64,000 nt of DNA from Mobula hypostoma (Eukaryota). A model generated the notes under the pieces. It made no database searches. It was not told the origin of the DNA and saw only the letters and a list, made by a program, of their open reading frames with translations. Location of the stretch: contig NC_086106.1 in assembly GCF_963921235.1 (NCBI RefSeq), forward strand, positions 23,560,001 through 23,624,000. Direction: 5' to 3'. The position numbers and the translations under genes are program-made. Below, piece by piece: positions 12,025-25,420 of the stretch (position 1 is its first letter; every line of letters begins with the position of its first letter).

Positions 12025-12435
12025 TATGTTTGCAGTAACAGCTTCTCAATCGTTCCCTACTGCTATTGATTACTTCCAAATCACAAAACGACAACGTCAC
12101 CCTCACTAATTTGTATGTTCCGCCATGCCGGACGTACAGTTGTATGCGTTCTTGTAGTTTGTGCGAGTGATGCTGAGGAGATGATGCAAACCAAATCAAT
12201 ATCAAAGCAATAAAATTCGACCGCTCGCGACCAGCTGACAACATATACCTGGTTTTCAACCCACATACGATACAGTCGACATTCCTCCAGAAGAACTTTT
12301 ACTTGCAGAGGGTGTGGAAAGTATATTTTTCTGTGAAAGAAACAGAGTCAGCACAGAACAATAAACGGTTGAACTGTTACTATTGGTTCCGTCTGAACGA
12401 AACATTGATAGCATTACTGAGCGAGGCGAAACCAT
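12025..12435 (-). pseudogene. Decayed V relic (psi-B)
   Basis: Strong acceptor ctgactctgtttctttcacag| (12331). The phase-1 frame reaches ...KLVRVTLSFCDLEVINS...SCYC, with the Cys 299 nt in (compare KLFRVTISNLQVGDSAVYYC). It has an internal stop, no Trp41 and no RSS. An upstream ATG at 12435 (MVSPRSVMLSMF) is leader-like. Confidence 0.4.
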
Positions 12436-12849
12436 CGTGAAAGTAGGTCCAGAATATCATCAATAAATCAAAAAAAAAAAATCAACCTCCTCAGGATCAA
12501 GCGGATTACGCTATAATTTATGTAAGAAATGTTCAAAACCCCTTCGGTGGCTTTTGCAGATAATGGGGAAGATTTGGACCCATGTCTCCATTCTATCAGG
12601 CTGGAATATTGTTGAAGGATGCTTAGTCTTCAGGGAACCAGATTCCTCTATAATCATTCTGTTTATGAAAACCACCCTCCTCAGTGAGAACAGCAAGATA
12701 TTCTTCTCGGTGCCTGCGAGAAGTCTGGCCTCTTACTTAATACAGAACCACTGTTTATGCACCTCCAACCAGAAATATGACGTGCACATATATTTTTTTT
12801 TCAGTGTAGGTTAAACGCATCTCAATAATCAGCCAATTGATCCGCGAGG

Positions 12850-14210
12850 CCAGGCAAAAGAAAGACAACGTGACATTCGTCTGGTTATACCTGGCGACCT
12901 CCTACCTTTCAAAACTGCAAGTCCTCATCTGGACTGGTCTGGACCACGACAATATCCCGCCAGTAAAGCAAGACATAATGATCAGCTACCTAGGAGGAGT
13001 CAACTGCGCTTAACTTCAGCCCGCTTTACAAACAGTGATTCCCAAATCCTCCAAAACCTCCCAAAACTGATTCCGATCGGCTGCACCAGCTTCTCCATTA
13101 CGTTTGTCAGACCTTTCTATCTCCTCTTATTAGCAGCAGCAGACGTAACCCGTGGCTCAGTCTACGAGCCCGGCATCCGACAACCTGCAATACGGGAGAT
13201 CACCGATGACATTTCAATAAACATTGTAACCCATGTGCACGTAAGATGCGTATTGGCAACCCTGTACAACAACGTAGCTAGGATGATCATGTGGCTCCTT
13301 GGTCGGACAAGAAATCCAGATGCATGTTAATGAAAAAGCGTAAGTTACCAGCAAGTCCACTCTTCGGGTTCGGGCAGAAGTCGTTCCATCCATTAAGAGC
13401 AACCCAGTGAAATGTCATGGAAAGTGGTTTAAGATCAGGCCAGCTACAGATCCCCTTGTCATCAGTAGTGGAGGAGTTCAAGGTGGAAAAGTAGAGAGTT
13501 TTAGTAGCACTTGTGGAATCCGATGTCAAGGCAATAAACCAAATGTGAGTCACTCTAAGATCGGGCCGAATGTGGGTCGCCAACTCGGCCATAGACATGG
13601 CAGTGAGCATTCAGTAATTGAGACAAATCATCAGCAACACATCTAGAGACTGCAAGGCTTCAGCTATACAAACTTCCTAGTATGGGTGAGTGCAACTTCT
13701 GAAATGTCCGATTCACTGCCGCTGCTTCTGTGCGATCGAGAATGTCTGGAGGAGAAGGCCCCAAATCCTTGGCTTTGCCTGTTTTCTGCTGCTGGGGCCT
13801 GGATCGAAGCGCTCGGAAGAAAAGGCGCTGGGTGCTCGGTTTTGGGGAGCTGGTTGGAGGCTCGATTTTTCGGGCTCAAGAGTCTGCTGTGGTCGGGTGC
13901 TTCTAGGGTGGAAGCTCGTGGCAGCGAGAGTTTTTTCTTCCTTCTACCGTCTGCGTGAGCTGATGGGACTTTCGAGTGACTTTGAGACTTTTGTTATTAT
14001 TTACCGTGCCCATGGTCTGCTCTTCATCAAATTACGGTCTTGCTTTGCACTTTTTCACTACATGTTATAATTATGTGGCTTTGTCAGTTTTTCAGACTTG
14101 GTTTGCCTTGTGTTTCCGCGATATCATTCTGGAAGAACATCCCATCATTTTCTAACGCATGCATTACGAAATGACAATGAAAGAGGACTGCTTGTCCTCA
14201 TATTCTATTC
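12850..14210 (+). mobile_element. Degenerate LINE fragment(s) with a 3'-UTR-like end
   Basis: Decayed coding-like sequence ending ...atgcatgcattacgaaatgacaatgaaagaggactgcttgtcctcatattctattct (a tandem-like 3' tail). The family is not firmly assigned. Confidence 0.5.
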
Positions 14211-14639
14211 TAACATATATACGGAAAATGATTTAGATTAAGGGATTGAAATACGTGGAGAGTGATTTTAATTGAGTATCCATAAATACGAATGGGCGAA
14301 ATTGATACATTTGAAAGAGATAAATTATTTCATTCATAGGAGATTTAAAAAGGGTAAACACCATTACTGTGACCTACAGTCCCTGAAAAATGCTTTCAAT
14401 GCCAAATTAACTCGATAATAAACAAATAGAAAAATAAATCATTGTGAGCTGTCCTTTTTAATTATGCAAACAATCAATAGGCAATATTCCGATGCAAACT
14501 GACCACTTGCTAAATATTATTCGGGTGCTGCTAAGGAATGTTTAAAGGGTAAATAATATTTGCGAAAAAGTTAACAATCTCACTTGTTGCATCTCATGTC
14601 GTCACTAGGTCTCAATAAGCACATTTAATGACAGACAAA

Positions 14640-15160
14640 TCTATACGATATAAATCTTGAGATTATTTTTCTTCGCAAACATCCACCAAAACCGAGGAGT
14701 GCACCATAAAAATAAATGCAGTGAAAACAATGAGACATCCAAAGAGCCCCCAGCTTCCCCGTTCAACGAACAAGCAGCAACAACAAAACGACCACCGCAT
14801 ATAACCCTCCCCCACACAAGCGAAAAAGCATCATCGACCATCACTCTTCACCGATCATCAAGCGTACAGCAAGCATCAATAACGATACAGCCATGCAACA
14901 CCCCAGACCCTGCTTGCTCATCCGGTAATTTGAAATGCCAACATCAAAACGCAGCCTGTCGTGAGGCCGTGAGAGCGGGCTCCATTCCCGCAAAGATGCG
15001 AAGCCAGAGTGTAATTCCAGATCAATATATTCAAAACAATCTCGAAAAAAAAAACAGATATCAAAGATAGAAATTATTCTGTTTCTGAAGATGCAACCAA
15101 AGGCGTCGCCGTTTAACGCCGCAGGCAGGCACTAATTTTATCGGCCATGGCACCACTGAA
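14640..15160 (-). mobile_element. Short interspersed repeat / LINE 3' fragment
   Basis: Discrete CpG-richer block with AT-rich flanks, no intact ORF, duplicated at 38010-38530. Confidence 0.4.
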
Positions 15161-15234
15161 AATTGAGGAGGGGTAAATGATTAAACACATCTCACCTTTC
15201 CGAAACTCTTTTATTGCAAGTTAGTTAGTTAGTT

Positions 15235-15462
15235 NNNNNNNNNNNNNNNNNNNNNNNNNNNNNNNNNNNNNNNNNNNNNNNNNNNNNNNNNNNNNNNNNN
15301 NNNNNNNNNNNNNNNNNNNNNNNNNNNNNNNNNNNNNNNNNNNNNNNNNNNNNNNNNNNNNNNNNNNNNNNNNNNNNNNNNNNNNNNNNNNNNNNNNNNN
15401 NNNNNNNNNNNNNNNNNNNNNNNNNNNNNNNNNNNNNNNNNNNNNNNNNNNNNNNNNNNNNN
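15235..15462. other. Assembly gap (N run)
   Basis: Run of N after (TTAG)n. Confidence 1.
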
Positions 15463-17351
15463 CATTGCCCATTGTCCCTTCTCCATTATCAATTTGTCAA
15501 CATTTTCCTTCGTCCTGCCAGAAATAGCTATCTGGCAATCATTTCCATATATTGAAGTAATTCACCAGAGATATGCCGTCAACAACTGGCATTATTTAAT
15601 TAAGAAGCAGGACATCCTCCCTGCTTCTATTCCGTCTTGGTAGCCTTCAACCAGATGACATAAATATTGACTTATCTGTATTCTTGTGTTCCGTCGCCCT
15701 CCCACTTGCCTTTTTTTTCCCCCATTCCCCCTTGTGTCTTCATACTTACCCTTGTTTTTCTCCTCCTCCTCCTCCTCCTCATCATTATCATCAGGTGCCA
15801 TGCCCAGTTTGAGCTTTGACTACCGTAGCAATCACACTCCTGTTTCGGGTCAAGTTGATCAATTCATTCGTATTCATTTTCAATTATCTGGCTGCTGTCT
15901 TCATCAACATTTGTCTTTGTCTTCCTCTTGCTTTCTTCCCTTCAATCTTTCCCATAATTACCGTGCGTTCTAACTCCTCTTTCCTAATCACATGTCCAAT
16001 GAAGTTACGTTGCTTTTTTATGATTTGATACATTATTTCTATTTTAATGTTTGCCCTGTTCATGACATCCTCGTTAGATATTCGTTTCGTCCATGATATT
16101 CTTTCTATTTCCTAAAAAAAACACATTTCTGCTGCTGAATTTCGTTTCCTCATGCTACTAGATACTGCCCAACATTCTATGCCATATAATATAACTGGAT
16201 AAACATAACATTTCAGTACTCTGAAGCGGGTTGTCATGCCTAGTGTAGTATTGGTCAGTAGCCACTTCATTCTCGTGAAGGAGTACTTTGCCATCCATCA
16301 TTCTTTTTTTGATGTCCATTTCGCACCTGCAATCTGATGTCACTCAGCTTCTTAAGTAGCAAAATTCTTTGCCTGTTTTATGTCTTCCTCAGTTATTCTC
16401 AGCCTGCAGATAGGATTTTCCTTCTTTTCGGATATCACCATATATTTTATCCTTTGCAGTTGATAGATAGATCCATTTTTGCAGTTACTTCAGCAGTTCC
16501 TCCTCCATACTTGCAATTAACAGAGTGTCAACTGCATATCTGAAATTACTGATGTATTAACCCCAACTTTGATTACCAAGATGTCACAGTTTTTTTTTTT
16601 CTTTTTGTAATATTGTTTCACTGTACACATTAAATAAATCAGGGGAGAAAACACACTCTTGTCTAACACCTCTCTTGATTTTCGTAAACTTAATTCTCCA
16701 TCTAGCCTGAAAGCGGCAGTTTGTTCTCAGTACAGATTTCTGATAAGGCGGAGTTCTTTCGAATCTGGATCTAGATTTTTCTGTAATATTTCAAATAACT
16801 TATTGTGCTTCACTTTATGAAATGGTTTTGCGTAGTCGACAAAACAAACAATCTTTTTGCACTTGAATAATCATTCTGAAAGTATCCTTAGCATCAACAT
16901 TCTGTTTCTTGTAGCTTTGTCTTTCACCACACAACATTTATTTTGCCTATTTCAACTTGTATCTTATTTTTATCCCTTGCCATTAAAATTCTTAGAAGTA
17001 TCTTGGTGAAATGACACATTAAAGTCATGGTCCTATGTAATTCACATTCTATTGCTCCATCATTCTTAGGAAGGGTGATAAGTAAGAATTTTTTTCATCT
17101 CTTCTGATATTATTCAAGTCTCATAAATCTCAGTGAATAAATTAGTAAGTTTTACAATTCCATAAACTTGAGGGGCAATGAATTGTTCTATTACTAATTT
17201 ATCAGGAACTGCTGCCTTTCTTTTCTGCATCTTATTTATTGCATAACTATCTTAAGATTTTAAATTACTTGAACCTTCAATGTTTTTCTTAATTTCTGGT
17301 TTTCGCTTCCATCGTCTTCAAAAAAAAAATCCTGAATATATTCAGTCCATC
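15463..17351 (-). mobile_element. RTE-clade LINE, 3' part (copy 1)
   Basis: Paralogous to 38730-40600, which reads INNFRYADDTLLIASTEEEL, VLKCYV.PVI.YG.ECW and GKIEGKKARGRQR. Many stops. Confidence 0.9.
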
Positions 17352-17365
17352 AAGTATATATTCAG

Positions 17366-19822
17366 CACAATAGAATCCTAAGTCTTGGTATGATTTCCTT
17401 CATTGGGGCATTCGCTGCTGTCCTAGCGTCATCCATCCTGGCCGGGTATGCCTCCATCACCGAGAGAACATATCTATTATCAGCAATATATACTAGTAGC
17501 CTTTCTCCACTGGCAGATGCACAAAGTCTATCTGCAAGTTTTCAAACGGCATTTCTGGCTGGGACAAATGATCATACTTTGCCGGAGTCTTCCCTTTATT
17601 GTTCTGCTGCCTTGTCAAGTATGTCCGTGCTACCCTTTCGGTTGTGACAGTTATTCTAGAGGCATACCATTGCTAGCTATGCTGCATCCCTGCTTTGCCC
17701 ATGTGAGTCTGGCCATGGGCCAAGCGAGCCAGGGGCAAAAACAGGCTGCGGGGACAAACAACACGCGCGTCAGGGTGGCACCATGCCCGCTGGTCGGCTG
17801 TAAGCGGCTTTTGTCCGCGCGTGCTTTACTTGCTGTGTGGCAAGATCTCGGGCTTGCCGCAATCTGTCCATACTGATGGAAGGGGGGAGCTCTCCCTCCC
17901 CTGTTTCCACCTGTAGGTGAGTCTGTAAATGTTCGCAGTGTTGCCCGAATGAGGCCGGAAAGTTGTGCTGCCAGTGTGGACGTTCCATTTGACAGGGCCC
18001 AAGCTTCTACAACCTCACGGGGGAAAATCCCGGGTGGCGCCGGAATCGCGGAGCAGGGTCACGGCACCGGATACCATCACTGTGCAGGGGTGATCAAGCA
18101 CTATGAGGATAGATTTTCCGACGATCGCCACTGTGGCTGCTCGCCGGCAGGAGGACATCCGATTCCCTCTACTACAGCAGGTAAGGAGGCCGCTTGCCGC
18201 TCCCGTATTCTTGGCAAAGCTCTCCGGTAGCGAATCCTTGCTTCTCGTTAATGCACAGCAGCAAAAGCCTTTCATAGTCAGTTAGGCCCAGGACTGGCGC
18301 TTCACGAGGGGCATCTTTCAGAGCTGTAAATGCCCGATCCCTTTCGTCAGTCCATCGCACAGTTGCTGGCTGATCCTGCAGGGTGGCCGTCCGGAGTACA
18401 GCACCCAATTCCCTATACTCCGGTATACACTGCCGACAGTACCCAACCATTCCCAGGAAGGATAAGAATTTCCTTCTTTGTCTTTGGTATCGGGATGTGC
18501 AGAACAGCCAATATATGGCCTTTTCTCAGTCCTCCCGTTCCCTCCGTCAGCCCGAACCCCAGATTATGCACGGTGTCCTGGCAACACTGCAGCTTCTCCG
18601 GAGAAACCCGGTGTCCCCTGTCAGCCAGATGCTGGAACACCTTGATTGTATCAGCTGGGCAGCGAGGGCCCGTGTCCGAAGCTATCGGGATATCGTCAGC
18701 ATGTTGGATGAGGGTGGAATGATCGGACAAGGGGCATTCATCCAGGTCACGCTTTACGCCGCCGCATACACTGCTGGGCTCTCCGTGTCCCCTCGTGGCA
18801 ATCGGGACCAAGTATACTGCTGGTTCTTACAGGTGAAAGCGAATAGATACTGGCTGTCAGCATGTAGAAGTATAGAGAAAAACGTCGAACACAAGTCTCT
18901 GACGGTGAAGGTACCGGCGGAGGCAGGTATAGATGTGAGGATGATGTTGGTATCGGGGACCAGTGGGGCAATGGGGAGAACAATCTTATGTATTGTTCTT
19001 AGGTCCTGCAAGAATCGCCATTCGTTGTTCCTTCCAGGTTTTGGAATCGGAAGATTGGGGGTGTTGCAGGGACTTTGTATTTTAACCTTTGTGTTGCAGG
19101 AGGGACTGTATTACAGGCTCTGTGCCTTCTGTCAGGCGATATTGTTTCACGCAGGGCAAGAGGGTCCCTTCTTGAAATTCAACCGCTGTTCTAGTGCCGT
19201 GCGCACCATGCCGACATGGGTTGGGCCTGCAGTCCCGTGTTAACGCCGGGGAGCGCTTTCGGGTAAAGTAGCGGCCCTGGCTGGGGAGGGCACTGCTGCT
19301 GGAATAATGCCTTTAACATGAGAGGTTTTACGGTAATTCTTCCTATCTGTCAATCAAGAATTCGATGGCGAGCATAGCCGCGCCCGGGATTAGAACAGAA
19401 ATTGTATGGGTTGGGCGCGAAATTTGTAACAGACGGTGCACCATAGGTCCTTTCGTTTTAGCGGAGGGTGGGGGGGGGGCGGTGCTTACGGCCACTGTGT
19501 GGCGGACGTCCGCAGGTCCCCTGTGAGAGAGTCCCTCCGCTTACCATCGGTCTCGTTGTTGGTGGTTTAGTTTTAATGCTACTCCCAGCCCATCACGGTC
19601 GAAGAACAGACGGGGCCCGGATCTCAAGGTCTCCGTGCCTCCGACATACGAGGCTTCCTGCTGATCATAGGTGGGACCTGCGCCGTGCCCGTAGAAAGCG
19701 GTGTGGCGAAGCACCTTGCTTTCCCGGCTGGTTTCGAGAAGGTATAACCCCAGAGTTGGAAACAGTTGTCACCGTCATGGGCTGCGAGTGCAGATTAGGA
19801 AGCGGGTGGCGAGTTGGGGGTG
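17366..19822 (-). mobile_element. Endogenous retrovirus pol fragment (degenerate PR-RT-RNaseH-IN), no LTRs
   Basis: RT: QDLRTIHKIVLPIAPLVPDTNIILTSIP...DLCSTFFSILLHADSQYLFAFT...YTWSRLP and QHADDI (YxDD equivalent). Connection: GMVGYCRQ and PVLGL. Integrase: PFENLQIDFVHLP...IIDMFSR...IIPRL. Decayed protease IEFLID lies near 19350-19370. Confidence 0.9.
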
Positions 19823-21060
19823 CCTTCTATTCTCTGTGTTTCCCCCACCCCCCTTTTTTTAGGAATCACTGAATTTGCTGATTCTACCAAGGCATTCTTC
19901 AGCGAGTTACATTTCATTTCTATGTGATTGCTATCATCTTCAACATATTCTATTTCTAGACTTTGAAACGTATTCCTTACGTTTTTTTTTATCTTAAGTT
20001 TTCTTCTTTAATTAATTGAAAGTAGTCAAGGCATTGTTCAGGTATTTTTTCTTTTTTTTTAGTTTTTCAAGTTTTACTTTTACATGACATACTACTGGGT
20101 TATGGTCACTATTACAGTCTGAACCTGGATATGTGTTACATTGAGTCACTGAGTTTCAAAATCTTTGGTTTAGAGTAATTAAGTCAAATTGATTTCTAGT
20201 GTTATCACCTGGACTTTTCCAGTTCCACAAGCGAATAGGATGGTTGATAAAGTAGGTAGTCAGAATGACCTGATTATTCATTTTGTACCATTTGCCACAT
20301 TTTACTTTTCTTTCCCATAGTCCAAGTTTTCCCATGGTATTTCCATCACACCTTGTCCTTCTTAGCAAATAGATCTCCCATGACAATAACAATATATTGA
20401 GATTTGCATCCATTCTTTGGTTGTTGAAGCTCTTCGTAGAATTTATCTATATCTTCATTTGTTCCATCTGTGGTTTTGTGCATATGCCTGTATAATTGCT
20501 GAATCAAATGGTTGTCCTCTGAATCTCACAAGGAGCGTTCTTTCTGATATTGCCCAATTTGGTAAGCCACGTGTTGCCATGTTTTCATCCGTAACAATTC
20601 ATACTCCATCAGTATGGAGTATGGGATGTTCCACAAAAATAGTGTTTGATTTCTAATCTGACATGCTCCAGCACCTATCCAACGAACTTCCTTAATTCCC
20701 ATGATGTTAATCTTTAGAATTTCCACTTCATTTCATTTATCACATTCATGAATCTTCCTGCTGATATAGGGTTCTGACATTCCAAGTGGCAATAATTTTC
20801 TTTTGTGTGACGTTAATTTTATGAGCAGTAGCTTAATGACGGTCGGGGATCCACAGCTGGCCAGAATCAACCCTAACGAGGGAAACATCTTCGGAGTTGC
20901 CTTGAAGATGCTCTTGACGCTGTTGTTCTGTGATACATTTTGTGAGTTTGACCATGGTTCTACTAGCATATTGCAACGGTGGTTTGCTATTGCCTACCGT
21001 TCGGTGAAATAAAGAAATCGCCATTTCTCTTCCCAAATGTTTCTCCGCCTATACTATAGC
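19823..21060 (-). mobile_element. RTE-clade LINE, 5' part (endonuclease region, copy 1)
   Basis: LKINIMGIKEVRW, GKLGLWERK...WNWKSPGDNTRNQFDLI; it continues the RTE interrupted by the ERV. Confidence 0.85.
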
Positions 21061-22469
21061 AGTTAACATTGGAGGTCGTAGCTCAGTAGCCTTCTCCGTC
21101 ATAAGTGCAGTTACTGAACCTGCCGGATCTGCCGTTGGTCTTCGCTCGTATCCGGAACAGGAAACCTTGCAGGTGCTATCTTTCTGGGTCAGAGCGGCCC
21201 TGGGAACACTGAATGACTAAAGGGTAATTCCACTTTCCACAAAACCTGAAAGTCCCCAGTCAGAGCCTCATCACCGGTTACAGTGCAGAGTCATACCCAG
21301 GATTGTTTTGTTCTCTCTCTCCACCCCGGCCCATATTCAGCCTCTCGTCCCTCTTCTGCTTTCCTTTCTTCCCTTGTCCACTGTCGCCTCCTGTTAAAAT
21401 CTTTCAGACTCCGCCCTTTATCTCTTCCTTTTTTCATTCGGAGCTTCTAATTCCAAGAAACGCCTGCGTCTGTCTGTCTTTCTTTTCATGTGGTATCAGC
21501 GTTCGACTCCGAGTTTGTCTTCTTTCCAGCAGCTCGTGCTGTTCTACACATATTTAACCTCTCCTTCCTTTTCTGACTTAATGAAGACTTCTGGCTCAAA
21601 ACACCGAATGTTTATTCTTCTCCTTCGCGCTGCCTAACCCACTTAATTGTTCATCGTTTGCATGTGCATGTGATGCATGGCCTCTACATGACACATTGGG
21701 TAACTGATCTCATCCAGATATATTGTTTCGTAGTCCTTTGCATTGTCTACAGACCTACCATACCTGAAGTTATTCGGAAACGTTCTATGATACCAATTTA
21801 AATGCTAACCACATCGCTATGTTTTCCATAAATCTTTGGTTAATGACTTTATGTAATCTGTCATTTCACGCATACTTATTTCAGTTCTAAACGTGTTTTT
21901 TTTTCAATTTGGAACAGAAGCTCTCTTAGAATTCTGCTCCTCTCAGAATTTCCTAGATTTATTAAATTTTAGTTGATTTTCTTTGAAAGAGACGTTTACT
22001 TATCTTACTTTTTTTATTGAAATAAGTCTTTTGAGAGTATTCCGAATCTGTTTTCCTTACATAGACATCAACATAAATTGTTCGAAAATCATATCATACA
22101 CGAAGACGGAGATAAGAATTAAATGTAATTACGTGGAAATGCTGGAGATTCCCAGCAGTTTCGATATGACCTTTAAAATGGTAAACGGGCTGAAGCAAAG
22201 TGTTGTTTTAAAAAGCCACGAGACCGCATTTTGGCCCATCTAGATTTTTCAGTTGGTGGAGGAGGGTTCCCTGGAGCTATTAGTAGTTGCAAGTAGATTC
22301 AGGATTGAATTTAGTTTTAGTTACTGATTGGGATTTAAGTTATTTTCACTGGCATAGAATTCAACACACGCCGCAATGCTGAAAGTCGTCATTCATAATC
22401 ACAGATTCCCTTGAAAAAAATATACTAAAATAAACAGACTTCGCTGAAATCTTTTGGAAAATATTGTTT

Positions 22470-22985
22470 ATGATCAGTCCAGAGAAACAGAGCTGCTCGT
22501 GAGCTCGTGGATTAATCGACGATATAGTTTTAAATAATTTGGGGACGTGATGTTTTATGTTAAAGCGTGTGTGTTTAATATTGAAACGATTATTTTTCAG
22601 GAGCTCCAGTCATTAAACATACAGATCGAGTATATGTTGAGGACAGGCGGTTATGATTTCCAACTCTTTTTTCAGCATTCAGCAGTTCGCATGTTTCCCG
22701 ATTTTATCGACACGGGTCTGCAGCTGAGCGGGGCTCAGTTTACACTCTTAGGATCAAAGTGATATTAATCACTGAAAACATCGACCAGAGGCCCAGGCCG
22801 CCTGGAGTTTTCTAACTCCATCAGCGGTGTCACATACTACCCATCCTTTGTTATATTTCCAATATCTTGAAAACCGTACCATGAGTTCAACTGTTTCCGA
22901 TGACGTTCACTCCCCCCACCCAGCCCGGCGATATGCCTCTGCATAATTTATTAGTATATAATTTGGTGCTGCCCTCCACCGTTCT
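22470..22985 (+). pseudogene. Possible decayed V relic (psi-C)
   Basis: Donor GTGAGC (22499) and acceptor tatttttcag| (22600) give a 102-nt intron. Fragments read RVYVE/GQAVMIS, RGPGRLEF and TQPGD, and the end tataatttggtgctgccctc is followed by CACCGTT (CACCGTG in the paralog). Frameshifted. Confidence 0.35.
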
Positions 22986-23809
22986 CTGCAAAGCACTGAT
23001 CGCTGTAAAGTACGTGGGTGAGTGGTTGCACAGGAACTAAATGCTCGCACAGATACGCTTACTGCTGAAATTTAATTTTATTTTAATATAGTTTCTAAAT
23101 CTATGTTAATACAATGTAGAAACCCGCTGTTCTTGTTTTTAATGAATATAACCATCCATAATCTAAATAATAATCGTACTAATACCTTCACTATGAAACA
23201 TTTAGAGGTCTAACGTATTTACATTGTCAGTGCTTCAGATTACAACTTTTACAAAATTTAGCAATAAATACACAGGTAGAAGTCAGTAACTCATTGTTAT
23301 TAAACTGTCGGCAAGCCGAAACCCGAGGAGGTCTCGTCAAAGTATTTGCCTTTTCCCGTTGTGCCTGTTAGTTGTAATGACTGCCTAACTTCATTTACTT
23401 CTGATGTGAGTTGTGCATAGTGCTTGGTGAATGTGAAAAAAAAAACTACTCTATTCATATTTGTTGTAAAATTTCATATTTTTTTTCATAAAACATAGTG
23501 ACATGAATTCCCTTATAGAGTAATGAACTGATAAAAAAAAGATAAACATCCGTTTCGATAGAATTGTTTGCATAGCTATTGTTACATGTTTTCCTTCTGT
23601 TTTTTCATTTACTTCGTAAAATTTCTCAAATAACAATAGTGATTACGCTCAAACAACAATGATATATATGTTTTTTCACATCCGGAGAATGTCGAAAAGG
23701 AAGAACAGACAGACTATATAGAACTCCAAAAGTCTGTGAAACAAGAATAAATCTAATTGTGCGCGGATTAAGTGTGTGTATAAACAGTGGTTCGTCGTGT
23801 CCAAACAAA

Positions 23810-24440
23810 AGTGTTTTATTTCTATTTTGGAGGTGTAGTGGACAGTGAGGAACGTTGTCAAAGATGGCAGTTGGATTTGGACCTGCTGGAGAAATGGCTG
23901 AAAATCGCAGATGGAGTTAAATAAACAAGTGTGAGGTGTTGCATTTCGAAGGGCAAACAACGGTAGAACATACAAGCTAAATGGTAAGGTACTGACGAAT
24001 GCAGCAGAACAGAGAGATCTGGTAATACAGACAGAAATTTCCTAAAAGTGGCGTCACAGGTAGATAGGGTTGTAAAGAGAACATTTGGTGCATTGGTCTT
24101 TAAAAATCAAAGTATTGAGTATAAGAGTTGAAATGTTATGGTGAGGTTGTACAAGGCATTGGTGAGGCCGAATTTGGAGTATTGTGTGCAGTTTTGGTCA
24201 CAAAATTACAGGAATGATATTAAAAAGGTTGGACGAGTTGCCGGGACTTGCGAAGCTGAGTTACAGAGAGAGGAATTTTTTTTTTCCACTGGAGCTAAAA
24301 TAATGAGGCAAGATTTGATAGAGGTATATAAATTATGATTGGTATAGATAGAGTGAATGCAAGCCGGCTATTTCCACTGAGGCTAGGGGAGAAGAAAACC
24401 AGAGGACATGAGAAAGGGTGAAGTTGGAAAAGTTTAAAGG
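23810..24440 (+). mobile_element. CR1-type LINE 3' fragment
   Basis: MVRLYKALVRPNLEYCVQFWS; gtggacagtgagg...gagaaatggctg. Confidence 0.9.
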
Positions 24441-25039
24441 GAACATTAGGGGTGGGGTCTTCCTCACACTTGTCGAGGGATTAGAGCCAGCCAAGTTGTC
24501 GAAAGGATCAGCCCTGATGTTGGAGAAGAAATCGGCCAAGGTGTTAAGGTGACGGTCGTGATATTGGGAAATGAGACTGCCGTGATATCGAAGGAGCCCT
24601 CTGTGTTTTCGGAGGAGACTGCGTCAGGAGGAGGTGACATGGCTGCTGATCGTAGTGCTGCTCTTATCACTCGGAAGCATCAAAGATAATGTAGCATAAC
24701 CATGGGAAATTTTCTCGGATATTTCACTTCGTGCCACACCACTCTGGTGGACTCAGAATATATGTGGCTGTAAAGCTGCTACCGTTATCTAGCTCTGGAA
24801 AAGACAACGTGAAAGCAGTGCGGCCTCGGAATTTTCTGCTGCGGAACTGGTGAAACCGCGGAACCATCAGTACGTTTTGACGGCGCTCGGCCCGGGCCTG
24901 GCCTCTCGCGTTGCTGATCCTCTCCCGTGTTTGAGCGATAGAATGACAGGCTGCTGTACTACGGACTGCCGTACATTCTCGTACAGTGTCTTGGCCTCTA
25001 AATATGTTCGTTTATTATTATTTAAGTGAATATGTGAAT

Positions 25040-25420
25040 ATGGTTAATGTGGTAATTGTAAATCTCCTGTGTATAAACATGGCCATGTATGTAAATATAT
25101 AAGAGAGCTTTGTGCAGCATGAACTGTGCGTTTTATTTTTGTTTTTGCGTGCATTGGCTTTGTGTTTTAGAAAATAATATGGAAATATTGTGGTAATCTA
25201 CCTTTCAGACACAAATTGCTGATGAATGTCTAAACACGTCTGTTCAGAGAATAAAATATTGCATTCTAAGCCACGGTTACGTGATCCTAAATTATCGATC
25301 CATATGGTTCGGCATCTAATCTTGTCTTTCGAGCTCAACCGACCACATTGAGCGGAGGAAATAATTGTTGTCAACTGCTTCTCACAACACTTGGTGCATT
25401 AGAGTCAAGGAACCATCTTC
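25040..25420 (+). pseudogene. Decayed V relic (psi-E)
   Basis: Leader-like MVNVVIVNLLCINMA (ATG 25040) with donor GTATGT. Acceptor cctttcag| (25208) is followed by DTNC, then frameshifted YCILSHGYVILNYRSIWF (C-x14-W) and HLILSFEL. Clearly homologous to 28685-29040. Confidence 0.45.

Noticed and set aside
19493-19499. CACAGTG heptamers at 19493, about 52130 and about 62616
   Set aside because: They have no nonamer and lie in ERV, intergenic or LTR context.
24520-24620. Plus-frame peptide IGQGVKVTVVILGNETAVISKEPSVF resembling a J-C junction
   Set aside because: There is no F/W before GxG, no RSS, no donor after VTV and no following C-domain Cys. It lies within a repeat fragment.
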